A DNA stretch of 64,000 bases from Anthoceros angustus (taxonomy: Eukaryota > Plantae > Anthocerotophyta), in the NCBI GenBank assembly GCA_010909165.1, contig VJWM01000044.1, forward strand, positions 2,344,776-2,408,775, in the 5' to 3' direction. This document shows positions 20,281-32,777 of this stretch, one piece after another. Numbering within the stretch: the first letter of the stretch is position 1; each line of letters opens with the position of its first letter. The notes below the pieces were generated by a model that ran no database searches, had not been told where the DNA came from, and saw only the letters and a list, made by a program, of their open reading frames with translations. The position numbers and the translations under genes are program-made.

Positions 20281-21549
20281 AAAGTTATGACTCCGAAAGC
20301 GATGTGTGAGGAATTTGCGTGTTGTTCTCGTGGGGAGAGTATGTTTGTACCACAACGTGCGAGCTACTCCCTCCTATTGTTGATGCGCGCAAGATCATGA
20401 TATGTAGTTGGAGTTGCTACTGTCGGAATACTCGGCTGCGACTGCTTTTGCTGGAGCACTTTCTACATATATATAAGTAGTGTTTGCACACTTCCTACCT
20501 ATAACAAATACTACCTACATATATTCCTCTGGCATATCTATGTAGAAGAAGAAGAAGTATATTAAGGTCCACTAAGGAGAAGAAGAAGAATTGAAGAGCC
20601 TGGTGAGTGTGTTGAGCGGTTGCACATTTAGAAATATAAAACATTGTATTATTAGGTACCTTGTTGAATAAACCGCCTCGCTGCCTGGCTATTTGGACGC
20701 CCCTTCCCACATTCGTCCACTCCATAGCGTGTGACCCTGTTTCCGTCAACGCCACTTACTACTGCACTGAGGATCCCCGGGCTGCAGGCAGATGTCTCAG
20801 CTGCAATGCACCAGGCGCTGCTGGCAGGAAACTCCTCGGCCCCGGTGCCCTCCTCACCGTGCCTGCCATCGTGTGCTGGGACGCTAGTCTTACAGCTTAT
20901 GGGAGTGGGGTTTTTTCACGGACTGGCTGCCTGTGGTCCAGGACAACTGCTATTGGCCGTGGGTTCGAGAGGTGGGCGGGGAGCTTAGCCTTGCATACGC
21001 CTTCCATGTCTTCACCAGCTTGAAGACAACTCAAATGCTGGACCGGCTCGACTCCACATGGAATGCCCCCAGCCAGCATCCTCTGACACCACCGTTGTTG
21101 TCCACTCAAATGTGAGGTAACGCATGTTGAAGTATTACCTGCAACTCCCATTCTCTCACTCTCTCAAAATCTCTCCACTGTTTTGTTGCTGATTAAGAAG
21201 AGAAGTTCGGACCGATCCATCACTACAAAGAAGGAACCTGTTGCAGCATCATAGGTTGAACGCAATCCTTTCTTTTTTCATGATCCGTAAATTTCAGAGG
21301 AAATTCATGTGATGTTCATCAGTAAAAGAGAACGGCTCTCACGCAGCTGGTCGAAGGTTTTGTCGAAAGCCATGAACCGACCGCCTTCATGGAGAACTCC
21401 ACGGATTGGCAGTTTGCTTGAACAACCAGCCGTTGTCTCGCAAGACCCTATTTCGATGCAGGATGGCTTATTAGTCTCGGCGGAGAGCTAACACGGTGTG
21501 CGGCAGCAATGCGAGATGGTGTGAGCCAGCGGCTGCTTCGGCGGCAGCA

Positions 21550-23329
21550 ATGTTGGAGGCAAGGGGAGGCGAATCCATCTGCCTCCATTCCTCTCTCATC
21601 TCTGGCATCGTCTTCGCTTTGGAGCTGCCCTTTTGCCAGGTTGCGTTTCGTTTTCGATCACGCCGCGTGCTCTCCGCGTGTTTGGAGATGGTACAACTGA
21701 AGTTGAGTCCTGGGTTTGACGGAGCGAGTGGTTGTTGGTTGGAAGGTTGCAGGCCTGGCCCTAAGGATCTCGTGCGCAACTCCTGTTCTGGGGACGTTGT
21801 TGGGATCTGCTGCAGTCGCCGTTACGTCAGTCCAGGCTGCTATGGTGCTGCATCGCTGGCCTGTCTGAGTTGCGTCCCTCAGCCTCCAGGGCTGAACGTG
21901 GAAGTGGCTTGCAGGTTGCTTATGCAGTGATGGCCTACCCCAATCTGCAGTTGAGGGACGTTGGGACCTGGCTGAACAGGGAGGAGATTTTTCTTCATGC
22001 GGGAGTTGGTCTGCTGGCTTTTAAGGTTAGTGTTGAGAATGTGATGACGGATTGGCAGCTCAGCAGAAGGTTGATGAGAATTCACGCGGTGCAGGTGCTT
22101 GGGGGTAAATTTAGAAATGTGATGCCAAGTGATGTCCGACATCCTGGAGCTCTTGCAAAAGTTTCTATAGCCGGTATGCAGATGCTTCTGTTGGAGTTCG
22201 TGGCTAGTGCATGCCTTTTTTCTCACGAGATTGCTGTGCGCGAGTGACAGCACGGGGGAGTCCGTATGCGAGTGATGTTCAGAAGTCCGTCATCAAAGAC
22301 CTGTTCAGGCAATTTGGTTGCCACCATTGCGGCAGGAAAACTGGAACCAGGTGTGTTTCCAGAAGTTGTCAATTTATCTTGCTATTCACGCCGTTGGGGG
22401 AAGCAGGCTCCTGCTCCTGAGATAATGGCAGCACTGAAGGTGCAGAAGTTGTTCATGTGTCTTGCTGTTCATGCCATTGGAGAAAACAGAGCTTCCTGCT
22501 CTTGAGAAAAATGTACTTGATGTATCAGTATCTCAGACCACATGCCACCCAACTTGATTGTACACGGACCAAGGGGGTCGGTGAGCAAGAGTCTTCAGAA
22601 GAAAGATGAAGAAGCTGCACAGAGGTTCTATCCGCAGTGCCGTTACTGTATTAAGCTACAGAGCACAGCCCTCCGCCATCGTGGTCCACCTCTGGTTCTG
22701 CATTGGAAGCGAGGCTGGCCCGAGGTATTAACTTCTCATGGTGGGCCGATGGTGGGCCTTGGCAGTGGCCTGACTTCGTTGCCTTTGGGTGCAGCCATTC
22801 TGTTACGCTGGATTCTTCTTGGGGTTGGCGCAGCTGAGGGATTCAAGGCCCTTCAGTTACTTCTCTAAGGAGAAAGTACTTGCCATTGTTTCGTCCATGA
22901 GGAGCTTCACTAGTCTCCAGGAGGTGGGACCAACACGCTTACATTCGATCCGAGAGGAGATTGATGCTATACGACTCAGAGACAAACAGGTGGCAATCCC
23001 ATGCCTCTCACGTCCTTCCTATGTGATAGCAATCTTCTTATGCTGATAACTGAAGGTAGCCTCATTTGGTGTGGCCTCATTTGGTGTGTCCTCATTTGTG
23101 TGGCCTCATTTGGTGTGGCCTCGTTTGGTGTGGCCTCATTTGGTGTGGTCTCCAGATACGAGATGAGATCAACAGAATCGTGCTGGAGAAGGCAGTTTTC
23201 CGGCTGGGTTCTAGAACTGATTCAGATGCGGAAATCGCAGTGACAGAACTGAGAGCAGAGCTTGAAAGAAACGCGAAATTGAAAGCAAAATTGAAGGACG
23301 ACATGAAATTGGTGAGTGACGAGCTATGA
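21550..23329 (+). CDS. Uncharacterised multi-exon protein with N-terminal hydrophobic segments, an HNH-like zinc nuclease module and a C-terminal coiled coil
   Basis: Hand-spliced: LISGIVFALELPFCQ-VAYAVMAYPNL...GLLAFK-VLGGKFRNVMPSDVRHPGALAKVSI...FRQFGCHHCGRKTGT-SISDHMPPN...QRFYPQCRYCIKLQ...IRDEINRIVLEK...VSDEL*; GT-AG junctions keep the frame. Start codon and one internal intron are less certain. Confidence 0.7.
23057..23155. repeat. 15-bp intronic minisatellite (TGGCCTCATTTGGTG), 6 copies plus partial
   Basis: Directly visible; the final partial copy contains the acceptor AG at 23154-23155. Confidence 0.9.
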
Positions 23330-23999
23330 ACACGGTAAAAGATAGACCACCCAACGGTGTGACCAGGGAGGAGTAGTCAGTTTTCTCGTCCCGGCCGGCT
23401 ACACGCTAACAAGGGTAATGTGGCCTGACCCTTGTGTCACGCTCATCCGACCACACCATGAAACTGAATGGTGATAAACGGAGATGTGTCCCGCCAACTA
23501 CATGTATGCAATGTTCATGACGAAGCTCGAGAATGGGAGGGCATGTCACATGACTTATCAGGTTACTGACATCTACGGGCAGGTCTTCAGATAGAGCTAA
23601 GGGGAATGCTACGAGAGCTCCTGCTCACCACAAGCCCATCGAATGCAATGAACTCATGGCCGCTCTGTGGTGCTGGATCGAAACTGCTTCTTCGGTGTCC
23701 TTTTCAGCGTCATCGCGGGGGACGAGGAGGCTTGCGGCATTGCTGATTGCGAAAGGAAACACGGCATCTTTGCCCGAATCCGTCCTGGCACTTAGGTTGC
23801 CCGGATGTGAGTGTTCCCGCTCTCAGGTGGCCATGGCGTAAAGAGCTTTGCCCAGACTGCCAAGAAGGCATATCATCCATCACGTCTTGCCAGTTGGGGA
23901 ATCTTCGGTAAAAGGCATGAGCCGTCCTTCAGAGGAAATGTCCTAGCACGTAGGATCACCAAATTCAGAGTCCTCCACATCGGAGGAAAACCTTCAACT

Positions 24000-25186
24000 T
24001 CATCCCTCAACATCACCATCATCTTCGTGTTCGCAAACCGGAAGAAAATACGTGTCCAGCTGCCAATATTTGCGTTCCACACCCGCCCAAGTTGTTTCAT
24101 CAACACAGGACTTGACTGGAAGAGGGATAAACTGGGTGGCAAACCCCGAATGAGCCAGCTCTAACGCAACCAACTGGCAGTAAACCACATGGAAAAAGGC
24201 ATAGTCTGCGCAAAGACCATTGAAGTAGGAGTAGATGCCTCCAGGTTTGAGAAGCCGAGGAAGCAAGCTGTGAAACTCCTTGAGATCTTCGTAGTATTCC
24301 CCGTAAGTGTCGAAGAAGATGCCTGCACACGGGAAGCACAGACTTGAGAGCCGGGTGAGGGCAGAAGCACCGAATTCTGGAAACACGCACACCCACAAAG
24401 GGGAGGCATACCATCATACTGTCCGAGTTGCGGGACCACATCCTGCCAACGACCCTGAACGATGGTGACATTGGGCTTGTCTCCCCAGCCAGAAGCCAAC
24501 ATGCGGGCATGAACATCAGGATGAGCTTCGATGATGGTGTGGGAGGAGGGGTTGTAACGTTGGATAGCAGTATCCACCAGCCCCATTCCGAATCCTACAT
24601 TGAGAATGTCCCCACCCCTGGCGCACACCGCCTTGGCATGAGCCTCCATCAACGGAGTCTCCCAAGCCATCATCACCGCCTTGCTCTCCTCATCCACCAG
24701 CCTGTCCTCGGTGTACTCCACCCTTTCTTTCAGGTAGCTCCTGGCGGCCGGGTCCGAAGCCGACTCCCTCGCTCGCTTCTCCGATGCGCCCAGAATCAAC
24801 TCGGCTTGCAAACCTGGATTTGGGCCAGTTCAGAGATGGACAGGAGAGCGAAAATCCATGCTGTGGCACACACGGGTCCTAACGGTTGAGGGCGGCGGCA
24901 TACCAGCATCCAGGAGAATGTCGAAGGCGGCCTGGTGCCCATTGTCCATGGCATAGTCTCCAGCGCTGCGGCCCGAGGGGTCGAGAGCGTTCCAAGGAGC
25001 CCCGGCCTCCAGCAGGCGCTTGACCACATCCGCGTGGCCATGGCGTGCGGCGTGGATGAGCGGGGGCACCCCGTGCTCATCCGCCTCGCTTGCATCCGCT
25101 CCTCCCGCCAGCAAACGCTCCACCTTCGCCAAGCTGCCTTCCTCCGCGGCCTTCCATAGCGCTGCTGCAGGCGACTCATCAGCCAT
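24000..25186 (-). CDS. RMT2: Protein arginine N-methyltransferase 2 (ankyrin repeats plus GAMT-like SAM domain), 3 exons
   Basis: Ankyrin-type PPLIHAARHGHADVVKRLLEAGAPWNALD; VMMAWETPLMEAHA; ILNVGFGMGLVD; HTIIEAHPDV; GRWQDV; GIFFDTYGEYYEDL; LKPGGIYSYFNG. Confidence 0.93.
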
Positions 25187-25232
25187 TTCGCTTCCCAAGT
25201 GCTAAAACCCTGAACCCCGTCGTTTGCACTTG

Positions 25233-25240
25233 AAACCCTA
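25233..25240 (+). promoter_or_regulatory. Telo-box (AAACCCTA) in the RMT2/CTPA1 divergent intergenic region
   Basis: Exact motif between two head-to-head start codons; telo-boxes are common upstream of plant translation and ribosome-biogenesis genes. Confidence 0.45.
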
Positions 25241-25354
25241 GCACCTTCCTGCGCGCAGCGCGCGAGAGGAGTTTGTCGTTGGAAATTCCTGGTTTGAGCG
25301 AGGAATGGTTTGCGCTCCGAATGGTTTGTGCTCGGAATGGTTTGTTCTCCTTCG

Positions 25355-27061
25355 ATGGAGGTACAGCGTGCGCTTCAGTTTCATCAGCTCGCTTGCCTAC
25401 CAGGGGGAAGCGCGGCAGCTGGTTTGCTGCACCAGAAAAATCTGCGATGCGGCGCATCGAGGTGGATGCCGAGGGCGGGAGAAACCGGCGGCAGATCATC
25501 GCGTCGGAGCAGAGCCGATGCGCCGTGCACGGTGTCGTGGCGATGTGCTGCAACCGATCTGGATCGTTCCGGATCTGACACGGCTGACGGCGACTGTTCT
25601 TCCTCCTGCGCTGAGAGAGTGTGGCGCGATGCGGTGAAGGATGTGTTTCGTGGCGGGGCTGTGATGCGGAGAACTTCCCCGGCTGTACTGGCATGCCGTT
25701 CTTGGCAGGAAGAAGAACGATGGGAAGGCAGCAGCGCTGGCTCCGGGACGGGGAGATGGATGACCAAGATCGTGGCCGGCCTTGCCCTTGCGTGCGTGCT
25801 GTCATGCTCGGACGTGGCTCAGCACTGTCGGCATTCAGAAGCGGCAGCGGAGGAGGCTCTCTCGAGCCAGGGTGCTTCCGAAGGCCGGCAGGAGGACGAT
25901 TGCACGGCCCTGGCAGCAGAGGAGGAGCAGGATCGGGAGGAGGCGAGCGTCACCAGCGAGTCCGTGGTGGAGGAGGCCTGGGAGGTGGTGGACGAATTCT
26001 TCTTCGACGCGCGCCACAGGGAGTGGTCCAGGGAAGCCTGGATGAAGAAGAAGGAAGAGGTGCTCCGGCGGCCGATACGCAGCCGGATGGCAGCGTACGC
26101 AGCCATCCGCAGCATGCTCGGCAGCCTAAAGGACCCGTACACCCGCTTCCTGTCCCCGGACCAGTTCTCGCAGCTCACCAAGTACGACGTGACGGGCATC
26201 GGGCTGAACGTGGGAGCGGTGGCCGACCCCTCGGACCCTGCCACAAGCCGGCTCAAGGTGCTGGGAATAGTGCTAGGCAGCCCGGCCGCGCAGGCGGGCG
26301 TGCGGCAGGGCGACGAGCTCCTGTCCGTGGACGGTGCCAGCGTGGTCGGCAAGACGGCCTTCGAGGCCTCGTCCCTCATCCAGGGGCCCAAGGGCACGTC
26401 GGTGCAGCTCCAGGTCCGGCGCGGCCCATGCTCCCTCCCGCAACAGGTGACGGTGGCCCGGCAGCAGAACGTGCGCAGCCCCGTGCTGTACCGCCTGCAG
26501 CCCCGCACCGGCGTGGGGTACATCCAGGTGAAGGAGCTGAACGCGGTGGCCCAGCGCGACCTGGTGACGGCCATGCAGCGGCTGGAGCAGGCGGGCGCCA
26601 CCTCCCTGGTGCTGGACCTGCAGGACAACCCCGGGGGCCTGGTCCAGGCCGGCATCGAGATCGCCAAGGTGTTCCTGGCCCCGGGGACACCGTGGTGGCC
26701 ACCGCCGGCCGCAGCGGCAACAGCTCCCGCACCATCGCCGCCTCGGCGCTGTCCGGGCTCCCGCTCTCCGCGCCCCGCTCACCGTGCTGGTGAACGAGCG
26801 CACGGCCAGCGCCAGCGAGATCGTGGCGGCGGCCCTGCACGACAACCGCCGCGCCCTCCTGGTGGGCCGCCGCACCTTCGGCAAGGGCCTCATCCAGTCC
26901 ATCTACGAGCTCAGCGACGGCTCCGGCGTCGTCCTCACTGTGGGCAAGTACGTCACCCCGCCCGCGCCGACATCGACGGCCGCGGCATCGACCCCGACTC
27001 CTCCCGCATCCCGCCCCCGGACCAGGCGCGACTCCAGCTCGCCACCTGCCGCCACCCTTAA
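25355..27061 (+). CDS. CTPA1: C-terminal processing peptidase (S41), CTPA1 type, intronless; three apparent 1-nt deletions near the 3' end
   Basis: VEEAWEVV...MLGSLKDPYTRFLSP...KYDVTGIG, PDZ (AGVRQGDELLSVDG), LDLQDNPGGLVQAG; LVNERTASASEIV and TFGKGLIQS are in shifted frames; the original frame resumes at DIDGRGIDPD. Start codon could be slightly upstream. Confidence 0.88.
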   Translation: MEVQRALQFHQLACLPGGSAAAGLLHQKNLRCGASRWMPRAGETGGRSSRRSRADAPCTVSWRCAATDLDRSGSDTADGDCSSSCAERVWRDAVKDVFRGGAVMRRTSPAVLACRSWQEEERWEGSSAGSGTGRWMTKIVAGLALACVLSCSDVAQHCRHSEAAAEEALSSQGASEGRQEDDCTALAAEEEQDREEASVTSESVVEEAWEVVDEFFFDARHREWSREAWMKKKEEVLRRPIRSRMAAYAAIRSMLGSLKDPYTRFLSPDQFSQLTKYDVTGIGLNVGAVADPSDPATSRLKVLGIVLGSPAAQAGVRQGDELLSVDGASVVGKTAFEASSLIQGPKGTSVQLQVRRGPCSLPQQVTVARQQNVRSPVLYRLQPRTGVGYIQVKELNAVAQRDLVTAMQRLEQAGATSLVLDLQDNPGGLVQAGIEIAKVFLAPGTPWWPPPAAAATAPAPSPPRRCPGSRSPRPAHRAGERAHGQRQRDRGGGPARQPPRPPGGPPHLRQGPHPVHLRAQRRLRRRPHCGQVRHPARADIDGRGIDPDSSRIPPPDQARLQLATCRHP

Positions 27062-27569
27062 CCACCTCCCACTCGTTTTTTCCTGTGCTATCCAATCCTA
27101 TTTTTAGTAATTTTTATATTATCTTACTCCCGGCCACAAGAGACGCTCAACGCGCCGGGCGTGCGCTCCTCGATTGTGCCCTGCCCGGTATACCTACGCC
27201 TGCTACATACATATGTAGGCACTGTACGGTACGTGAGGTTTATTTTTAGCAAACGAAATACATAACTTGCCGTTTGCTTGGATTTCTTGGCCACCGCGGA
27301 GAGCCTGTTTGTCCGCTTGCGCGCTTGCTTGGCGCACCACATCTTCGGCTTGGCCTTGGCCTTGCATTGGCGTTGGCGTTGGCGTTGGCGTGCGCAGGCT
27401 TCTGTGTGAGATGCCGATGTTGTTACCAGCAGCGTCTGGATCTGACGAGACGGGGGCGCGCCGTCGGGCTGGCTAGCCCGGGAGGGGGCTCGCAAATTAT
27501 GCCACTGCCTCGGAAGTCTGGTGCAATTCGCTGCACGGCGAGGCGCGCAGGGGGCCACCTGCGGCCGCC

Positions 27570-30500
27570 ATGGCCGCTGATGCACCTGGGACCTCGTGGA
27601 TCGCTGCTCTGCCTGCCATTTCTGTGACCCAGGCGGCGTCGTCTGCATCTGCATCCGGGTCCGGGGAGCCTGGGCTGGTTGCGGGAATGAGGAGGCTTCA
27701 CATGCGCCACAGCAGCGCAGGGGACGTGGACTCGTCGGACAATGAGGTGTGTGTATTGGATGCGGGACAGCTCGCTGATGCGGGCGTGGGATGGGAGAAT
27801 TTTTTCATTTCTGGTTGGAATTGTGACGGACTTGTCTTCGGATCTGGCGCTGGCTGCTTGTTTCGTGTCCGTCAGAGTCCGATGAGCCAGCCGGATACCC
27901 CGAAGGAGACGGAGTCGCCCCGCTTTCAGGCGCTGCTCAGGATGACTGCGGGGGGGAGAGCCAAGCCCGTGAAGGATATCAAGAGCTTCTCGCACGAGCT
28001 TGATCCCAAGGGCGTCCGTCTCAATGACTACTGGAAGCCGCATAGCACCAATGATTTGGAGGTAACGTTCTGCCTGTGCTGTTGCTGGTCGGGAACGGCA
28101 ACGAGAGGCCGACGTCTGGGCCGACGAGCTGGTTGTTTGTTGCAGGAAATTCTGGTCACATTGCGTGCGAGGTTCAATTCCGTCAAGCTGGAAGTTGATT
28201 CCGAGCTCCATGCGTTTGCTGCCGATCTGGTTGAGGTGCTGGAGAGCGCAGAGTGTGGCCATCCGCATGCGCAGGAGTGCGTGGAGGATCTCTTGGTGTT
28301 GGCTCGAAAGTGCGCAACAATGTCACCTGCAGATTTTCGGCAGCATTGTGAGGCCATTGTGCAGGAAGTGGATGACAGGAGGCAAGAGTTACCGATTGGG
28401 ATGCTCAAACAGCTTCATACTCGCATGCTTTTTATTCTCACCAGGTGCACCAGGCTGTTGCAGTTTGAGAAGCAGAATGGACTGGATGGGAACGGGACCC
28501 CGGAAAAGGCTTCTTTGGATCGAGCCTGGGCTGTTAATAGGTGCGGAAGGGCCTCCTTTAATGACAGGAGGGTCGTTTTTGCACACCAAAGGCTGGCCGA
28601 TGGATTCAGGCATGCCTCAATGGCCCAAAGCAATCCATCCAGGGTCTCTGCGAGTCTGATGGACGTGCAGGATCGTGGTTTAGGGTCTGACCAGGAATCT
28701 GCACAGGATGCCTTGCCTGGTGCTAGGCAGGGTGGATCATGGAAGAGTTTCCTTCCCACAACTGAGCAGGGTAGCCGTGGAGGAGCAGCCATTCCTGCTC
28801 CTGCTGCTCAGCAGTCAAGGAAGGATACTAAAGTAGTAGAGACTTCAGGGTGTGCCTCTCTACAACTGGAGATGCAGGACAAGGAGCTTTCTGTTCCGTG
28901 TCACTTGTCCAGGGGTATAGATATGCACACAGCTGGACCTTCCGAGAGAGTTGCTTGGGCTTCTGGAAGTGACCATTTGGAGGACAGCTCTCTTGTCATA
29001 TGCAGAATCTGCGAAGATCATGTTCCTAGCGTGTGTCTGGAAGTACACTCACGAATATGTGCTTATGCCGACAGGTGTGATCACAAAACGCTGAGCACAG
29101 ATGAGCGATTGCTAAGATTAGCCGAGCTCCTTGACAGGTTGTCAGATTTCCACACTACAGCCTGCTCACAGATAGCAGCAAGTGGTCGTGTGGATGAAAG
29201 TCAGGCTTTGCTGCCAGTAGATCCCCGTCTGAACCCTTGCTCCAAGGAGTCTCAAGAGCCTGCTACACATTTGGAAGAACCTCCACATTCCCTTTCCCTC
29301 AACAGGCAGCAGATGTACCCATCGTGTTCATCTATATCCTCTCTGACAAGGGTTACCAGTCAGAGTGACTTGTCAATGGTTGGCCGAATCCCTCTGGTGG
29401 CATCAGAAAACGTTATGCAGGTGTGACATGATTGGGCTCCATCCTGTCTCCCACCAACGCAAACAGTTTTCTGAGGACTGCGTCTGATTGTCATTCATTG
29501 TGTCTGCACAGATCAATGAGTTGGCTGACATTGCGAGATGTGTTGGAAATGCAAAAGTAGCTGACGGAGGGGCCTTTGAGTACCTTGAGTCATGCATGCA
29601 AGATTTAGAAGAGATCCTGCAGCAAAATACAGCTGCAGCCCTGACTGTCTACACTTTTGGGAGGCGCATACAGAAACTTGTCAGGTAATATCCTCTAAGA
29701 TCTCATGCTAGCCCTCTAACAGTGATATTAATGAAACTGGACGTGAAATTGAGAATTATCTTGTGTGGATTTAACTTGGCTAGTTAGGTGTGGTTTTCTT
29801 CTGAGCAGGAAACAACGGCAGATAGTTCTGCAAAGGTGTGTGCTAGGACCTGACTTATGGCGATGTACACATGGTTTATTAGATACATCACCAACCTAAC
29901 ATCAGTTGTATACACTGTAAGATTTTGTGTGATGGTAGAGCGTAAGTGTAACTTGTGCGGTGGTCTGTGATGCGGCGGCAGGGAGAAGCTGTTGACAGCC
30001 AGTGATGGTGCAGAGTTCAGTAGCTCCGATGAGATTGAGTACGAGGACGACGCTTTCAGGTCCACACCTGTCCACCCTGCATACAAGGATCGGACCACCA
30101 TTGATGATTTCGAGATCATCAAGGCCATCAGTAGGGGGGCTTTTGGGAGAGTATTTCTGGCAAGAAAGAGAACGACGGGAGATCTGTTTGCCATCAAGGT
30201 ATGAACAAGAGCTTTTTTCTCTCAGATGCATTTTTTTTCTCAAAACCTCTTCTTCCTTTCCCCAGTTCATCGCCAATGTACTAGGAGTTTGGAAAACTCA
30301 GCTTGGACCAATGTTGTCTGTAATATTTCTACCCCGATAACTTGGTTGTTGCACCAATGTCCAGGCTAATGAACGAACTAGTTTTCATTCACAGTCTTAT
30401 CGAGGATTGCCATGTGCAGGTTCTACGGAAGTCTGACATGATGCGGAAAAATGCTGTGGAAAGTGTCCAAGCTGAGAGGAACATTTTGATATCAGTTCGA

Positions 30501-32777
30501 AACCCTTTTGTGGTATGGAAGTACTTGCAGTTCACCTTGCGTACACGTCCTGGTTCCTGTGTGCAATCTCATTATTTGGTCTTCTGATCTTGTGAACAAA
30601 GGCTAGTAGAACACGTGCTGTTTATGGGGACCCACATGCATGAAATCTGTTTCCTCTGTATTTGTCTTAGGTACGTTTCTTTTATTCCTTCACTTGTAAA
30701 GACAACCTTTATCTGGTGATGGAGTACTTGAATGGGGGTGATCTTTACTCTCTGCTGAGGAACCTAGGATGCTTGGAGGAGGACATGGCCCGGGTCTACA
30801 TTGCAGAGCTGGTTTGTCCACTTTTTACTGCTATGTCGTGTTGCGAAAGCCGTAAAACATACCGAACATCATTTGCTTTGCCCTAACATCCTCATGTCAC
30901 AAGGACTTCTGACCCTGACCACTGCATCTTGCAGGTTCTAGCTCTTGAATACCTGCACTCTTTGGGAGTTGTCCATCGAGACTTAAAGCCTGATAATTTG
31001 TTGATTGCCCATGATGGCCACATAAAGGTCAGATGCTGCCCAATTCTATATGTTGCGAGGGATTTTGTTTTTCGCACTACTGGTTCTCAGATTTCGAAGG
31101 GTCAAAGCTCAAGTTATGCTGTGCAGCTCACCGATTTTGGACTGTCACGAGTGGGTCTTCTGAATAGCACAGAGGATCTTTCCGGGCCAGCTGCAAGCAC
31201 CTCAAAGCTTGCTGATGAAATCAATCATCCTGTGAAAGCTGCAGCTCAACGGTCAGCTGTGGGTACACCCGACTATCTCGCACCAGAGATTCTTCTAGGA
31301 ACTGGACATGGTACGTGTGGAAATTGGTGATTGTAAATATTTAATGGCCCTGAGATGCTTTGGAATCTTCTGGAAACTCATTTCTTCTGTGCCTTATTCC
31401 TTTCTGGGAATAGATAAAGCCAAGGGCACAGGATGAACACCTTTTTGTGGCCAGCCTGACTGAATCTGCAAATTCATCGTGGCCAATACCAAGATGATGA
31501 TAACGTTTTGTTGTCCAGGTATGTCGAAACACATCTGGAGCAGGGGCATAACTTCTCTATTGTTTGTTTGCAGGCTACACTGCAGATTGGTGGTCAACTG
31601 GTGTGATTCTGTTCGAGTTTCTGACAGGCATGCCACCTTTTAATGCAGAACATCCGCAGGTTAGTGTGATATTTCTCCATGATGATGGGGAGTGTCCAGG
31701 TATCCATATCCAAGATTTCTTAGAGTGAGCTCCCGTTTGTGAGCTACCCTAAATCCCATTGCTTGTTTGTGTCCTATGTTCTGTAATTCAGATTATATTT
31801 GACAACATTCTTAATAGGAACATTCCTTGGCCTTCTGTTCCTGAATACATGTCTGTTGAGGCTCAGGATTTACTGGAGAGGTACAACATAGCCTGACAGG
31901 TCTCACCTTAACTGACTGGGTAACGTCCCATAGCTTTCTGATATGTCGTCCTTGTTGGACGTGGGCAGACTTCTTACGTGGGATCCCCATATCCGGCTTG
32001 GTGCAAATGGTGCCACAGAGGTAAAAGCTGACGTCAAGCTCTTGCGCTGTATGTTGTGGCTATTTCTATGTTTTACAGGGAATTTCGGAAGAATCAATTT
32101 GAAGAGAGGAATCAATTGTTTGCAGGTCAAAGCGCATCCTTTTTTCAAGGACATTAACTGGGACACCCTTTCGAGGCAGAAGGTCAATTGAACGATCACA
32201 CCCTGCAATAATTCTGGTTGCTCCAAATTCTGACACCTTAAGCTGAGTAAAGCGTGCATTTTCAGGCTGCCTTCATTCCAAGTCCAGACAGTGCACATGA
32301 TACTAGCTACTTCACATCCCGGCACATGTGGAATCCCGCGGAAGGTATGGATCATGAAATAGGGGACTCAAGTGATTGCGGGAGCAGCATTGGTGGCAGC
32401 AGCACCTCTGGTCAGGAGGATGATGTAAGTTCAAGGGCTTGCACCTTCATGACGTCTCATTTCGTACTCCCCTTTGGCATGTTTGGCGCGAGCTTCTATC
32501 TCGTAGTTATTCCCTGGGTGTGATCATGCAGGGAGATGAGTATCGGGAAGGTGCGGAAATCGATATTACACCTTCCGTTCGAGATTCATTCAGCAATTTC
32601 TCGTATAAGGTGCGCTAGTACTGTGTGACAGTGGGATTTGTTATCAACGGCGGCTGAAACCAGTGCTAAAGCAGGATGTGTGGGGCATTGCAGTGTCTAT
32701 CTCAGTTAGCAGCGATCAACTATGAGGTGGTTTTACAGTCTGGACCTGGATTTGACCTGAAGATGAAGGAGCATTAA
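27570..32777 (+). CDS. IRE: IRE/IREH1-type AGC (MAST-like) Ser/Thr kinase, multi-exon
   Basis: [10 protein letters not shown]...[37 protein letters not shown], zinc finger [10 protein letters not shown]...HSRIC; kinase [41 protein letters not shown]; C-terminal [18 protein letters not shown] with stop at 32777. Confidence 0.93.

Noticed and set aside
20661-21480. Several 60-120 aa ORFs between the gypsy remnant and the HNH gene
   Set aside because: No recognisable motif and no consistent exon chain on either strand.
25384-27095. Long minus-strand ORFs opposite CTPA1
   Set aside because: Antisense shadows of a very GC-rich CDS.
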